Below are positions 55,895 to 64,000 of a stretch of 64,000 bases of DNA, piece by piece. The notes below the pieces were generated by a model that saw only the letters and a program-made list of their open reading frames with translations, ran no database searches and was not told the DNA's origin. Numbering within the stretch: the stretch's first letter is position 1; each line of letters opens with the position of its first letter. The translations under genes were made by a program, and so were the position numbers. Origin of the DNA: a virus (taxonomy: Duplodnaviria; Caudoviricetes); IMG/VR virus record IMGVR_UViG_3300033075_001214, positions 6,052 to 70,051 of that record; one strand, 5' to 3'.

Positions 55895-56251
55895 CTACCC
55901 GCCATAAAGTTCATCTCCTTTTTTCCAAGTGTCGTACTTGCCATCCCGCACGTTTTGCCCAGCCGCACCATCGCCAACAGTCGGCTGCCGGACAGGTTTG
56001 TTTGTGGGTAGCCAACCTTCTTCACATGGTAGTCCACATTGATTACAACACCACACGGTTGTCTCCCCAACCCTGTCTTTGCATTGGCAGCCTTGCATAA
56101 CACCATGTTTATGCGAGTTTTGCTCAGTGTGCAGTTTCCAAAGTGAATCCAACGCGCCATGTATAACATAATCTCCTACTTGATGTGAGAATGTTATTTC
56201 TTTACGAAGTATCTCCGCGCACCGTTCTTTAAATTCTTTTTCTGTTATCAT
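55895..56251 (-). CDS. Cassette gene that starts inside an attC loop; Cys-rich C-terminal half
   Basis: 118 aa; codon 51 (Val) is the GTT/AAC core at 56101-56099; CQC...CCNQC..C. Confidence 0.7.
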   Translation of the reverse strand: MITEKEFKERCAEILRKEITFSHQVGDYVIHGALDSLWKLHTEQNSHKHGVMQGCQCKDRVGETTVWCCNQCGLPCEEGWLPTNKPVRQPTVGDGAAGQNVRDGKYDTWKKGDELYGG

Positions 56252-56299
56252 AGTGTGTAGTTTTTAAGTCGCAAAACCCTCATAAACATTTGATGCGTT
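56099..56299. repeat. attC-like site B (201 bp)
   Basis: AAC-acc-ATGTTTATGCGAGTTTTGC (56105-23) pairs with GCAAAACCCTCATAAACAT (56271-89)-ttgatgc-GTT; 17/19. Confidence 0.85.
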
Positions 56300-56309
56300 A
56301 TGTGCAAGG

Positions 56310-56531
56310 CTACAATCCGTTTTCAAATTGAAGTAAGTTTTTAAGACCGTATCTGTTCAACCAATCACTTGTAAAAAAGTCAATGTTATTTAAACCACAA
56401 AACTTAAATTCATCAACCGATTCTTTCGGAACTTTTTGATTTGTGTATGCTTCAAATTCAGTTACACAATCATTTAATTCCATTTTGTTATATTTTCTTA
56501 TTAGTTCTATTGCTAAAAAAAGTTCTTTCAT
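56310..56531 (-). CDS. Cassette gene, hypothetical, 73 aa
   Basis: Lies between matched ends GTTATGTGC (56297) and GCACATAAC (56571-79). Confidence 0.75.
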   Translation of the reverse strand: MKELFLAIELIRKYNKMELNDCVTEFEAYTNQKVPKESVDEFKFCGLNNIDFFTSDWLNRYGLKNLLQFENGL

Positions 56532-56576
56532 TTCGTTTTCAAATTAAATTTAGTGCTGATAATCCGCCCAGCACAT

Positions 56577-56700
56577 AACAGCGGTTTGTAGCAAAAAGGG
56601 CTGACGTGCTACATTCATCATTTGTGGTTCTAATCGGCAGTAGTGCAAGGTTGAAACAATATGATTCTAAATCCCTTTCAGCTACAAGCCGCAAAACGTT
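56577..56700. repeat. attC-like site A (124 bp, classical size)
   Basis: AAC-a-GCGGTTTGTAGC-aaaaaGGG ... CCCtttca-GCTACAAGCCGC-aaaac-GTT. Confidence 0.88.
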
Positions 56701-56726
56701 AGACAACATTGAAGCAGTTGTCTAAC
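56698..56726. repeat. Terminal palindrome of array 2
   Basis: GTTAGACAAC-9 nt-GTTGTCTAAC; overlaps the stop codon of 56722..57432. Confidence 0.85.
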
Positions 56727-57432
56727 AACGCTTCATCCAGATATTATCCTCCTTCATAGCATAGTACGTCACGCCTTCCACTTCGTACTCCCAATTCGAA
56801 TCGTGCTGGAAATACACATGATCTCCAGGACTCAGGTCTGGCCGTGAGCGAATATGGCGCACCGTTCCTTCAAGCATCTTATGAATTGGCTCCACAGATA
56901 GAATAAACCCACTGTCTACCGTTGCGTCTTCGTGTGGCTTTACTAACACCCAACCGGCCTGCATCCGTGTCCCTACGCAAATCAATGCGTCTGGCAGGGC
57001 TTTAAATACGGAATAGGACTCATGCTCTTCATGCAGGTTCTCAGGCTCCGTCACATTGGGATGAAAGTAAACGGTCTCGCCTACTTCCGCATCCACCAGT
57101 GCTCCGATATCCGCCAGCGATAAAAAGTCAATTTGCTCTTTGGTAGAAGGATAATATTGAATCGTAGCCGACTTTCGGCCCATTAAGGCCATAGTCTGCA
57201 GGGTATCATGCCCTACATATATCCGGTGGTTAGGCACTCCTGGATCGATCGGTTGATAATTCGTGTCACTGTAAGCCGTTGGTTTAGCTATAACTAAGCC
57301 TTTCCGGACCTTGCGCATATACCGGTCGCGCTCCTGATCAATGTACCAGGCATTATTCCGGCCTATCAGGTTGCCTTCCTTGAGGTCGTCAAATACGTTG
57401 TCAACACGGATTAGATAGTGGTCGTAGAGCAT
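56722..57432 (-). CDS. Protein with two tandem GroES-like domains
   Basis: GWVLVKP...SGFIL...EGTVRHI...PGDHVYF...YEVEGVTYYAMKEDNI; an N-terminal copy with VGETVYFH. Confidence 0.7.
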   Translation of the reverse strand: MLYDHYLIRVDNVFDDLKEGNLIGRNNAWYIDQERDRYMRKVRKGLVIAKPTAYSDTNYQPIDPGVPNHRIYVGHDTLQTMALMGRKSATIQYYPSTKEQIDFLSLADIGALVDAEVGETVYFHPNVTEPENLHEEHESYSVFKALPDALICVGTRMQAGWVLVKPHEDATVDSGFILSVEPIHKMLEGTVRHIRSRPDLSPGDHVYFQHDSNWEYEVEGVTYYAMKEDNIWMKRC

Positions 57433-57436
57433 ACCC

Positions 57437-57444
57437 CAAACCTA
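57437..57444 (-). promoter_or_regulatory. -7 promoter element, possibly giving a leaderless mRNA
   Basis: TAGGTTTG on the minus strand, 4 nt before the ATG at 57432. Confidence 0.45.
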
Positions 57445-57561
57445 AGAAATAAAAACGAATATATTAGTGTTTTTTTATTACGAATATTTGTTTTATCATT
57501 GTAGAGACAAAAAGAAGCCCACCGGCTTTTAACCAGCGGGCCCTAACCCCAACAGTTATGA

Positions 57562-57599
57562 CAAACAAAACTATCCCGGCTGTCCCCACAACCGGGATA
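57562..57599 (-). terminator. Intrinsic terminator for 57625..57888
   Basis: TATCCCGG/CCGGGATA stem followed by GTTTTGTTTG on the minus strand. Confidence 0.6.
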
Positions 57600-57624
57600 T
57601 TATCTTCAAGCCCGAAACGCTTTA

Positions 57625-57888
57625 TTAAGCGTTCAGTAGCGTATGAACCTGAGCAACCGTCTGCATCACGTAGAACTCCTGATCTAAACCAGTTTGAGCC
57701 TCTACAACGCGTCCGTACAACATGCCAAGTCCGGTAAGATTGATAGCGCCAGCATCCAACGTGTTAACCGGAGTTACCTCCTTAATGTCGGTTGATTTAA
57801 AGGCTCTCGCAAAAACACCGTTCAGACCATACGATCCGTCAGCTTTTTGTTCAACGCGGTACACATGCAGGTTAATTGAATTTGCCAT
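57625..57888 (-). CDS. Hypothetical protein (monocistronic, possibly a virion protein)
   Basis: 87 aa; TAAATTTG upstream on the minus strand; terminator downstream. Confidence 0.75.
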   Translation of the reverse strand: MANSINLHVYRVEQKADGSYGLNGVFARAFKSTDIKEVTPVNTLDAGAINLTGLGMLYGRVVEAQTGLDQEFYVMQTVAQVHTLLNA

Positions 57889-57929
57889 GATTTAAAGTTT
57901 TTAAGTGAATCAAATTTAAGGAAAAATTT

Positions 57930-58868
57930 GTGAGCAATTACTACACCTTCAAGTTTTCTCAATTCCCCGGTGATCTCATTAACTTTCTCCCTGGTATCAA
58001 GCACGTATGCCAACGGGACGGAAAGCAGGCAATACTGATTTTAGGGCTTGATATTAACTGGCAATCCGTAGGAGCTCTAACCCGTAAATCCCCCGCCACG
58101 ATCAATAAAGAAACCTTTGAATCTTTAAAGTCTCTTTTGCTCAGTCAATACTACATCGCTCAAGTGATTTCATGGGAGGACTTTGCGCCAGACACCTACA
58201 GACTATGGTGTGATTTCTTCAAGATTCTCCGTTCTCCATCGGAAATGATTCAATTTCATAATCAGCATTTCTCTCACCTTGTAGACCTCGATAAAATCTA
58301 CCTTACCCCTACCAACATTCCTTACGGAAACATTCACCGTTGGCCATGGTATTGCTATCCTGATATGGCATGTGATCTGAGTGAACCTTGGATTGAAGTT
58401 GCCCCGGATGACTCACTTGAGGATGCCATTGTAATCAACAGAACTTTGAGATCACGAAATGAATCAATTAATTATAAGTTTCTAAAGCCGTTTGATAAAA
58501 AAATAATCTTTGTGGGATTTGATGATGAGTTTGATGAATTTATTATATCAAATAATCTGATTGATGATGAGTTAATTTATGATGACGATGAAGATTTTCA
58601 GGTTTATAACGATGCTCAGATAGCTACAAATATAAAACACGTTAAGCCTACAAACTTACTAGAACTTGCTGTTATTATCCGATCCTGCAAATTCTTCATG
58701 GGCAATCAGTCGTTATGCTTTGCGCTTGCTGAGGCCATGAAAGTGCCGCGCATTTTAGAAACTTGTTCATATCTGCCAAACGTCATACCTTCGGGCGAGA
58801 AGGCTTATGACTTTTACTTTCAATCCAGTCTGGAATATTACTTTAATCAATTGAATGATGAATCGTAG
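57930..58868 (+). CDS. GT9-like (heptosyltransferase-type) glycosyltransferase
   Basis: PGDLINFLPGIKHV; LLELAVIIRSCKFFMGNQSLCFALAEAMKVP. Confidence 0.8.
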   Translation: MSNYYTFKFSQFPGDLINFLPGIKHVCQRDGKQAILILGLDINWQSVGALTRKSPATINKETFESLKSLLLSQYYIAQVISWEDFAPDTYRLWCDFFKILRSPSEMIQFHNQHFSHLVDLDKIYLTPTNIPYGNIHRWPWYCYPDMACDLSEPWIEVAPDDSLEDAIVINRTLRSRNESINYKFLKPFDKKIIFVGFDDEFDEFIISNNLIDDELIYDDDEDFQVYNDAQIATNIKHVKPTNLLELAVIIRSCKFFMGNQSLCFALAEAMKVPRILETCSYLPNVIPSGEKAYDFYFQSSLEYYFNQLNDES

Positions 58869-59115
58869 ATCGTTTCTTTTATCTATTCCGTTTATTGCGG
58901 GAGCATCAAAGATTCTTGCAAAAGAGACCGTTAATCCATTAGACAAATATCCAGATATGGGGTGGATTTCTTCACGCAACGGAATTCTTACTACATCTGA
59001 CCCAAAGATTATCTACTGGTTAGATAATCACCCCCATAATCTTACTAAGAAGTTTGGTACTATTGAATGGAAAAATAAAAAGTTTGGTAAAGTAATTTTT
59101 AAACGCACCCAATGA
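58855..59115 (+). CDS. Small protein with a twin-arginine-like signal
   Basis: MMNRRSFLLSIPFIAGASKILA. Confidence 0.55.
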   Translation: MMNRRSFLLSIPFIAGASKILAKETVNPLDKYPDMGWISSRNGILTTSDPKIIYWLDNHPHNLTKKFGTIEWKNKKFGKVIFKRTQ

Positions 59116-60518
59116 TCTCCCTCCCCAACGTCACCCTCGTCTGCATCGATACCGTTAATTACGGTCCGGCCATCAACGCGATCAATAAGTCGCTGGAAAA
59201 AATCACTCCCGCTAAGACAATATTCTTTACAGACATCGCTTGTGTGGCCAATGATGACTTTGATGTAATTAATATCAAACATCTGTATAGCAAGAAGGAT
59301 TACTCTAAGTTCATGATGAAGGAACTTGGGAAGTATGATTTCGACACATCACATATCCTGGTAATTCAATGGGATGGCTACGTGATTGATGAAAACGCAT
59401 GGGATGATGAGTTTCTAAAGTATGATTATCTGGGCGGCCTTTGGTTATATGATGATGGTCACGCAAACGGCAATGGTGGGTTCTCGTTACGGTCAGTAAA
59501 ACTTCATGAAGCGCTTACTGAAGATGATTTTATTTTACCCGCAGCATTTGAAGATGATGCTATCTGCCGCACGTACCGGAATTATCTGGAACAAAAGTGG
59601 GCTATGAAATTTGCCCCCGATGAACTTTGTGAGAAATTTTCCTTTGAACTTCGCAGGCCGCGTCAAGAAACTTTCGGCTTTCACTCCTTCTTCCATCAAC
59701 CGTTCAAGGAGCATATTGTAATCAAAAGGACGGGAGCTCTCGGAGATGTAATACAAACTGAGCCCATCATGGAATATTTTCACAAGCAAGGGCATCCGGT
59801 CGTATTGCAGACAACGCCATCTTTTTTTAACGTGTTTGCCATGCATCACTTTCCGGTGATCAGTTACGAAAGATTTGACAAGTCGGTGCGGCATCGGGTG
59901 ATTAACTTGGACATGGCTTACGAGATTAAGCCCCGTCAATTACACCTTAAATCTTACTTTGAAGCCGCTGGAATCACTGATTATAAACTCAGAAACCCGA
60001 AGTTAACTTATAAGTTAAGTAAGGAAACGCGGCTATTCAAACAGAAATATGTAGTCATTCATATCGACAAGCGCGAGACATCTCACCGGAATCAGTTTGG
60101 CGTAGACTGGAGTTCGGTAAGAAAATACCTTGAAGGCCGCGGATACCTGGTTGTTCAGGTTGGTAAAAACGAGCATGATCTGGCGGGCATCGAGTTTAAT
60201 TGTGTGACTGAGGCTATGCTCATGTGGACATTGGCTGGCGCTGATTTAATGTTAGCTGTCGATTCAGGACCTTCCCATGTGGCCGTAGCTCTTGGAATTC
60301 CTGCGGTTATTCTTTTCGGATCCGTGTCCCCATGGTATATTCACGCTGATATGGATAAAATCACCCCTATCTTTACTGAGTGCCCGATCAAGAAACAATT
60401 TTGCTGGCATGAGAAAGTAGGCACTACCGGCAGTGTTTGTGAAGTCGACTCCGAACTCCCTCCGTGCTGTGAGTATGATACCAGTAAAATAATTGATGCT
60501 ATAAATAAGATGTTATGA
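59112..60518 (+). CDS. DUF5672 plus GT9-like glycosyltransferase fusion
   Basis: LPNVTLVCID...QWDGYV...GNGGFSLRS; GALGDVIQT...LAVDSGPSHVAVALGIPAVILFG. Confidence 0.85.
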   Translation: MISLPNVTLVCIDTVNYGPAINAINKSLEKITPAKTIFFTDIACVANDDFDVINIKHLYSKKDYSKFMMKELGKYDFDTSHILVIQWDGYVIDENAWDDEFLKYDYLGGLWLYDDGHANGNGGFSLRSVKLHEALTEDDFILPAAFEDDAICRTYRNYLEQKWAMKFAPDELCEKFSFELRRPRQETFGFHSFFHQPFKEHIVIKRTGALGDVIQTEPIMEYFHKQGHPVVLQTTPSFFNVFAMHHFPVISYERFDKSVRHRVINLDMAYEIKPRQLHLKSYFEAAGITDYKLRNPKLTYKLSKETRLFKQKYVVIHIDKRETSHRNQFGVDWSSVRKYLEGRGYLVVQVGKNEHDLAGIEFNCVTEAMLMWTLAGADLMLAVDSGPSHVAVALGIPAVILFGSVSPWYIHADMDKITPIFTECPIKKQFCWHEKVGTTGSVCEVDSELPPCCEYDTSKIIDAINKML

Positions 60519-61081
60519 TCTGGAAAGATATTAATGGTTGGGATGGGTATTATCAGGTTAATACAATTGGCCAGGTTAAATCTTTAAAAAGAACTGTTTT
60601 GACAAAAAGAGGTTATCTGTTTCATGTCCGCGAGATAATATTAAAACCATCAAATGATAAAGATGGTTATCCTCAAGTTGTTTTTATCAGAAATCAAAAA
60701 AGAAAAACTTATAAAATCCATCAACTTGTAGCTAAGACCTTTATTAGTAATCCTAACAATAAACCTCAGATAAACCATAAAAATGGAATTAAATCAGATA
60801 ATTGCGTTTTAAATTTAGAGTGGTGTACGGCTTCTGAGAATGCTATTCACACATACACCCATCTTAATAGAATAGGAATTACATACAATAAGGGAAAATT
60901 CGGAAAGAATAATCCTTTATCAAAAATAGTAGTTCAGATAAATTTAGTTTCAGGTAAGAAAACTATCTGGCATGGAATTACTGAGGCGTCCCGAGAAACA
61001 GGTATTCAAAGAAGCAAAATAGGTTCTGTGTGTAATGGTCGAAGAAAAACAGCGGGTGGATTTAAATGGAAATTTGCATGA
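60515..61081 (+). CDS. NUMOD4-HNH-NUMOD1 homing endonuclease
   Basis: IWKDINGWDGYYQVNTIGQVKS; INHKNGIKSDNCVLNLEWCT; GITEASRETG. Confidence 0.92.
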   Translation: MIWKDINGWDGYYQVNTIGQVKSLKRTVLTKRGYLFHVREIILKPSNDKDGYPQVVFIRNQKRKTYKIHQLVAKTFISNPNNKPQINHKNGIKSDNCVLNLEWCTASENAIHTYTHLNRIGITYNKGKFGKNNPLSKIVVQINLVSGKKTIWHGITEASRETGIQRSKIGSVCNGRRKTAGGFKWKFA

Positions 61082-61614
61082 TCATCCCTAACGTTCACGG
61101 CAACGGAGACTTACACCTGGCTATCCTGAAAGCAATCTGTGGAGATGTTTCGGGCAAGTCAATGGTCGATTTGATGTGTTACAGCGCTCCATACACTCCG
61201 CGCATAGGGTTCAAAGAATCAACTTACATCGATATTCAGGACCGAGGATTTGACTTTCCGGCAGAGAAAAAGAACTTCATACTTACCGATGTACTGAAAT
61301 ACAGTCCTGATAAGAAGTTTGATGTGGCTTTCTGTTTAGACGGCATCGAGCATCTGTCTCATGAGGACGGGTGGCAATTGCTAGACCTAATGCAAAAAAT
61401 ATCCGCTTTGCCTGTTATTTTTACTCCCCTTGGAGAAACTCAGATTAAACGAGACGCTCATCCGGATAGCCATAAATGTGGCTGGTATCCGGAAGAACTA
61501 CCGGATTGGAACACCTTGATATTTCCGGACTGGCATCCGACTTTAGGGGTTGGTGCCTGGTACGCATGGAAAGGAAATGATAACGCTTATGAAACTTTAA
61601 AAACCATACTATGA
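61078..61614 (+). CDS. Class I SAM methyltransferase-like protein
   Basis: SMVDLMC...KFDVAFCLDGIEHL; start placed at the ATG at 61078 (ATGA overlap). Confidence 0.65.
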   Translation: MIIPNVHGNGDLHLAILKAICGDVSGKSMVDLMCYSAPYTPRIGFKESTYIDIQDRGFDFPAEKKNFILTDVLKYSPDKKFDVAFCLDGIEHLSHEDGWQLLDLMQKISALPVIFTPLGETQIKRDAHPDSHKCGWYPEELPDWNTLIFPDWHPTLGVGAWYAWKGNDNAYETLKTIL

Positions 61615-62249
61615 CACCAGAATTAATTGACCTTGCCGTTGAACGGGCTATTGCCCGTCAGTCCAAACTTAACCATGAAGCCTTGCGGGTGCCGATGTTG
61701 GGCAGCTTGCAAATTCGTCACCTGCTTAATAATCTGGGCGGACTGGCATCGCATTATCTGGAGCATGGCGTCCATAAGGGCGGAAGTTTCTGTTCAGCCG
61801 TATTTCAAAACCAATTGCTTACCGCTACGGCTGTAGATTCCTTTGAATCGGATTTGACGAACCAGGTGGATCCAGCAGAACCGATATTCCTTGAGAATGC
61901 CAATACGTTCCTGCATCCGGGAACTACGTTCAAATTGATCAAGTCGGATAGCTTTGCGGTAAGTCCCGATCAGATTGAGAACAAAATTGACCTGTTCTAT
62001 TTTGACGGAGACCATAGCTATGCGAGCCAGCGTAAGGCCTTGACTCACTTCAAAGACGCGATGGAGGAAGAGTTTATCTATTGCGTTGATGACTACATGC
62101 TAGAAGAAGTCCGCAAGGGTACCCAGGATGGAATCGAAGAAGCGGGCTATCAAAAGTTGTACGAGCGCGAGTTGGTGACCGCTTCGGAGTATGATAACGA
62201 GAGTTGGTGGAGAGGATGGTATGTAGCTTTACTGAAGAAAACAATTTAA
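61611..62249 (+). CDS. Class I SAM methyltransferase (Methyltransf_24-like)
   Basis: YLEHGVHKGGS; IDLFYFDGDHSY; YCVDDY. Confidence 0.85.
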   Translation: MTPELIDLAVERAIARQSKLNHEALRVPMLGSLQIRHLLNNLGGLASHYLEHGVHKGGSFCSAVFQNQLLTATAVDSFESDLTNQVDPAEPIFLENANTFLHPGTTFKLIKSDSFAVSPDQIENKIDLFYFDGDHSYASQRKALTHFKDAMEEEFIYCVDDYMLEEVRKGTQDGIEEAGYQKLYERELVTASEYDNESWWRGWYVALLKKTI

Positions 62250-62262
62250 CCCCCAATAATTC

Positions 62263-63012
62263 ATGACTTTGGGCGGAGCAATTTTCTACCACAATGCACT
62301 TCAATACGATTACTGTATTGCGGAAGCTATTCAGAATTTGAAGGACTTCTGTGATAAAGTAATCGTAGTGGATGCGGGATCAACCGATGGAACGGCTGAT
62401 ACGTTGATGCACTTGTTTGACCGACAGTGTAAGTTCACCCGGGTAGATGAGTGGGAGCAACAACACGGAAGGGAAAAACTAAGCTACTTTGCAAACATCG
62501 CTCTTGGATTGCTTAATACAGATTATGTCTATCACGCTCAAGCGGACGAGATAGTACACGAAGATAGTTTTCCTTGGATTCGGAAGGCCATGGAGGATAA
62601 TTTGCCCGGCTATATGTGTCGGAGGTATAACCTTTGGAGAGACCCGTATCACATGCTGAATGTGGAACAAGGCCGGAAACCCTGCAGTACGGAGATCGTT
62701 CGTTTGTGCAAGAAAGGGGCTCAAGCCGTTGGAGATGCTGAATCGTTAGGCTGCGATCAGGTATATATCGACTACCTGGATAAAATTGAGATATTCCATC
62801 TTGGTTTTGTTCGCAAACGCGAGGTCATGAAGTCGAAAATTATCAACATGCAGGTAAAGGTATTCGAGATGGCAGGCTACGATCAAAAGTTAGACCGCCA
62901 CGAAATCTTTCAGCCGATGGACTACTTCAGTGAGGAGGATTTGATTCCGATTCACAAGCCGCTTCCGAAGGTGATTCAGGAGTGGGCAAAGGAGCGGATG
63001 CCTGCTTCATAG
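62263..63012 (+). CDS. GT2-family glycosyltransferase
   Basis: CDKVIVVDAGSTDGT; YHAQADEIVHE; EIFHLGF. Confidence 0.85.
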   Translation: MTLGGAIFYHNALQYDYCIAEAIQNLKDFCDKVIVVDAGSTDGTADTLMHLFDRQCKFTRVDEWEQQHGREKLSYFANIALGLLNTDYVYHAQADEIVHEDSFPWIRKAMEDNLPGYMCRRYNLWRDPYHMLNVEQGRKPCSTEIVRLCKKGAQAVGDAESLGCDQVYIDYLDKIEIFHLGFVRKREVMKSKIINMQVKVFEMAGYDQKLDRHEIFQPMDYFSEEDLIPIHKPLPKVIQEWAKERMPAS

Positions 63013-63331
63013 CCAACATAGCCCTTACCTTCTCATTAATGACACGCCATCGGGTATATTTCCGGATGGCGTTTTTTAGGTTTATAGCCGTACAGTAGTA
63101 GCGATCTTTCCGGTATTCGATATGATGCCGGAGCTGGATGCCTAGTTTTGTCTGGACGGTCTCACTCATCTTATATTGCACCGGGGTTCCCACATGAGTT
63201 TCAAGGTCAAATTCCCATTGAATCATCCCTTTTGAAAGTGGACGTGAAGCAAGTTTCTTTAATTCCGTCTTTACAGGAGTTTTAATCTCCTGCTTGATCG
63301 GTTCTGGCTTTATGGGTTCAAATTCATCCAT
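62927..63331 (-). CDS. Hypothetical protein
   Basis: ORF track; C-terminal tail overlaps the GT2 gene convergently. Confidence 0.55.
   Translation of the reverse strand: MDEFEPIKPEPIKQEIKTPVKTELKKLASRPLSKGMIQWEFDLETHVGTPVQYKMSETVQTKLGIQLRHHIEYRKDRYYCTAINLKNAIRKYTRWRVINEKVRAMLAMKQASAPLPTPESPSEAACESESNPPH
63044..63077 (+). terminator. Intrinsic terminator
   Basis: ACGCCATC...GATGGCGT followed by TTTTT. Confidence 0.7.
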
Positions 63332-63501
63332 GAGAAAAATAGTCTACTGATAACATAGAGGATAAGAAGGCCAGTGATTACGTTCAGGATGGGAAAAATG
63401 ATCCCTAGTTTTCGCTCGCTGTTCAGTTTTTGAACCGCTTTCTGAGCGCGATGCCTGGCAAAGCGCTGCGACCAGTCTTCGAATTTTATAGGCTTCACCA
63501 T
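63310..63501 (-). CDS. Small membrane protein
   Basis: LGIIFPILNVITGLLILYVISRLFFSW TM segment. Confidence 0.65.
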   Translation of the reverse strand: MVKPIKFEDWSQRFARHRAQKAVQKLNSERKLGIIFPILNVITGLLILYVISRLFFSWMNLNP

Positions 63502-63507
63502 ACTAAT

Positions 63508-63867
63508 TTAAGGTTTTTCCGTCATAAATACATCCGACTCCCGGAGCATCAAGTATTCTTCCCCGTCCAGAGGTATCCGGGTGCCTGCAAATTGTCCGTA
63601 CAAAACCCGATCTCCGACCTTGACTTTCAACGGCCGACCATTACGGATTTCGTCAACAATCTCTTTCAGAATAGCCAACGCGTTCGGATTGGTGTCCGTA
63701 CTGATATTGACTTTCAGGTTATGCAGGGGGACGCCAGTGCCCACGGCCACAACGGTGCCGGAGAGTTTCTTTAACCTGTTTTCTTCCGCCACAAGGAAGC
63801 CGCTTCGGGTTTCTTCCTGGGGATCCGGTTTGATTAAAATCCGGTCATCTAAAGGTTGGTAGTTCAT
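63508..63867 (-). CDS. groES: Co-chaperonin GroES with an extended roof loop
   Basis: QPLDDRILIK; SGTVVAVGTG; KVKVGDRVLY; EEYLMLRESDV. Confidence 0.95.
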   Translation of the reverse strand: MNYQPLDDRILIKPDPQEETRSGFLVAEENRLKKLSGTVVAVGTGVPLHNLKVNISTDTNPNALAILKEIVDEIRNGRPLKVKVGDRVLYGQFAGTRIPLDGEEYLMLRESDVFMTEKP

Positions 63868-64000
63868 TACTTTTGGGGTAAGTAGGTTATAATTGATTTC
63901 GTTGTGAGCAGCATTCCCGATACAGAGGCCGCGTTCTCCAGTGCAAGCCTAGTTACTTTGGCCGGATCGATTACGCCAGCAGCCAGCAGGTCTTCGTACT
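63867..64000 (-). CDS. groEL: Chaperonin GroEL, C-terminal fragment (truncated by the window edge)
   Basis: Manually translated [43 protein letters not shown]; TAATG overlap with groES. Confidence 0.9.
   Translation of the reverse strand, partial: YEDLLAAGVIDPAKVTRLALENAASVSGMLLTTKSIITYLPQK

Larger units (their letters stand above)
55820..56726. mobile_element. Integron-like cassette array 2 (no adjacent integrase)
   Basis: attI-like motif, two attC-like hairpins, matched cassette ends and a terminal palindrome. Confidence 0.85.

Noticed and set aside
63508-64000. groEL/groES as the start of host chromosome
   Set aside because: Reversed order, missing GGM tail, GroES insertion and small phage-like genes downstream favour a viral origin
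1-64000. Stop-codon recoding as in some crAss-like phages
   Set aside because: Long genes are intact in code 11, and both TAG (int, terL) and TGA are used as true stops
1-64000. CRISPR array, tRNA/rRNA genes, DGR or retron
   Set aside because: No regularly spaced direct repeats, cloverleaf signatures or reverse-transcriptase motifs noticed by eye; tRNAscan-SE and Infernal were not run

Overview
The whole window reads as part of one tailed-phage genome, most likely a podovirus of a Bacteroidota host (TAnnTTTG promoters, no Shine-Dalgarno leaders, standard genetic code). No host genes are evident. Layout: about 30 small early genes (0.6-9.4 kb, including DUF3560 and an acyl carrier protein); a tyrosine recombinase with an upstream cassette array (9.4-12.2 kb); a crAss-like virion module (TerL, portal, scaffold, MCP, fibres/depolymerases, ring and muzzle proteins, ejection proteins; 12.2-53.8 kb) with three homing endonucleases; lysis genes (53.8-55.8 kb); a second, integrase-less cassette array (55.8-56.7 kb); a glycosyl/methyltransferase cluster with a fourth endonuclease; and groEL-groES at the right edge. 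The main result is a phage-borne integron-like system. A short IntI-related recombinase lacking the I2 helix sits beside an attI-like site. Two separate arrays are bounded by the same split att site (30-bp motif, 26/30 identical, plus a covarying 28-29-bp palindrome). They contain attC-like hairpins with a constant 4-nt spacer asymmetry, and their loops reach 1.2 kb and hold whole genes. All coordinates and pairings were read by eye; family assignments come from motif recognition, not database searches.
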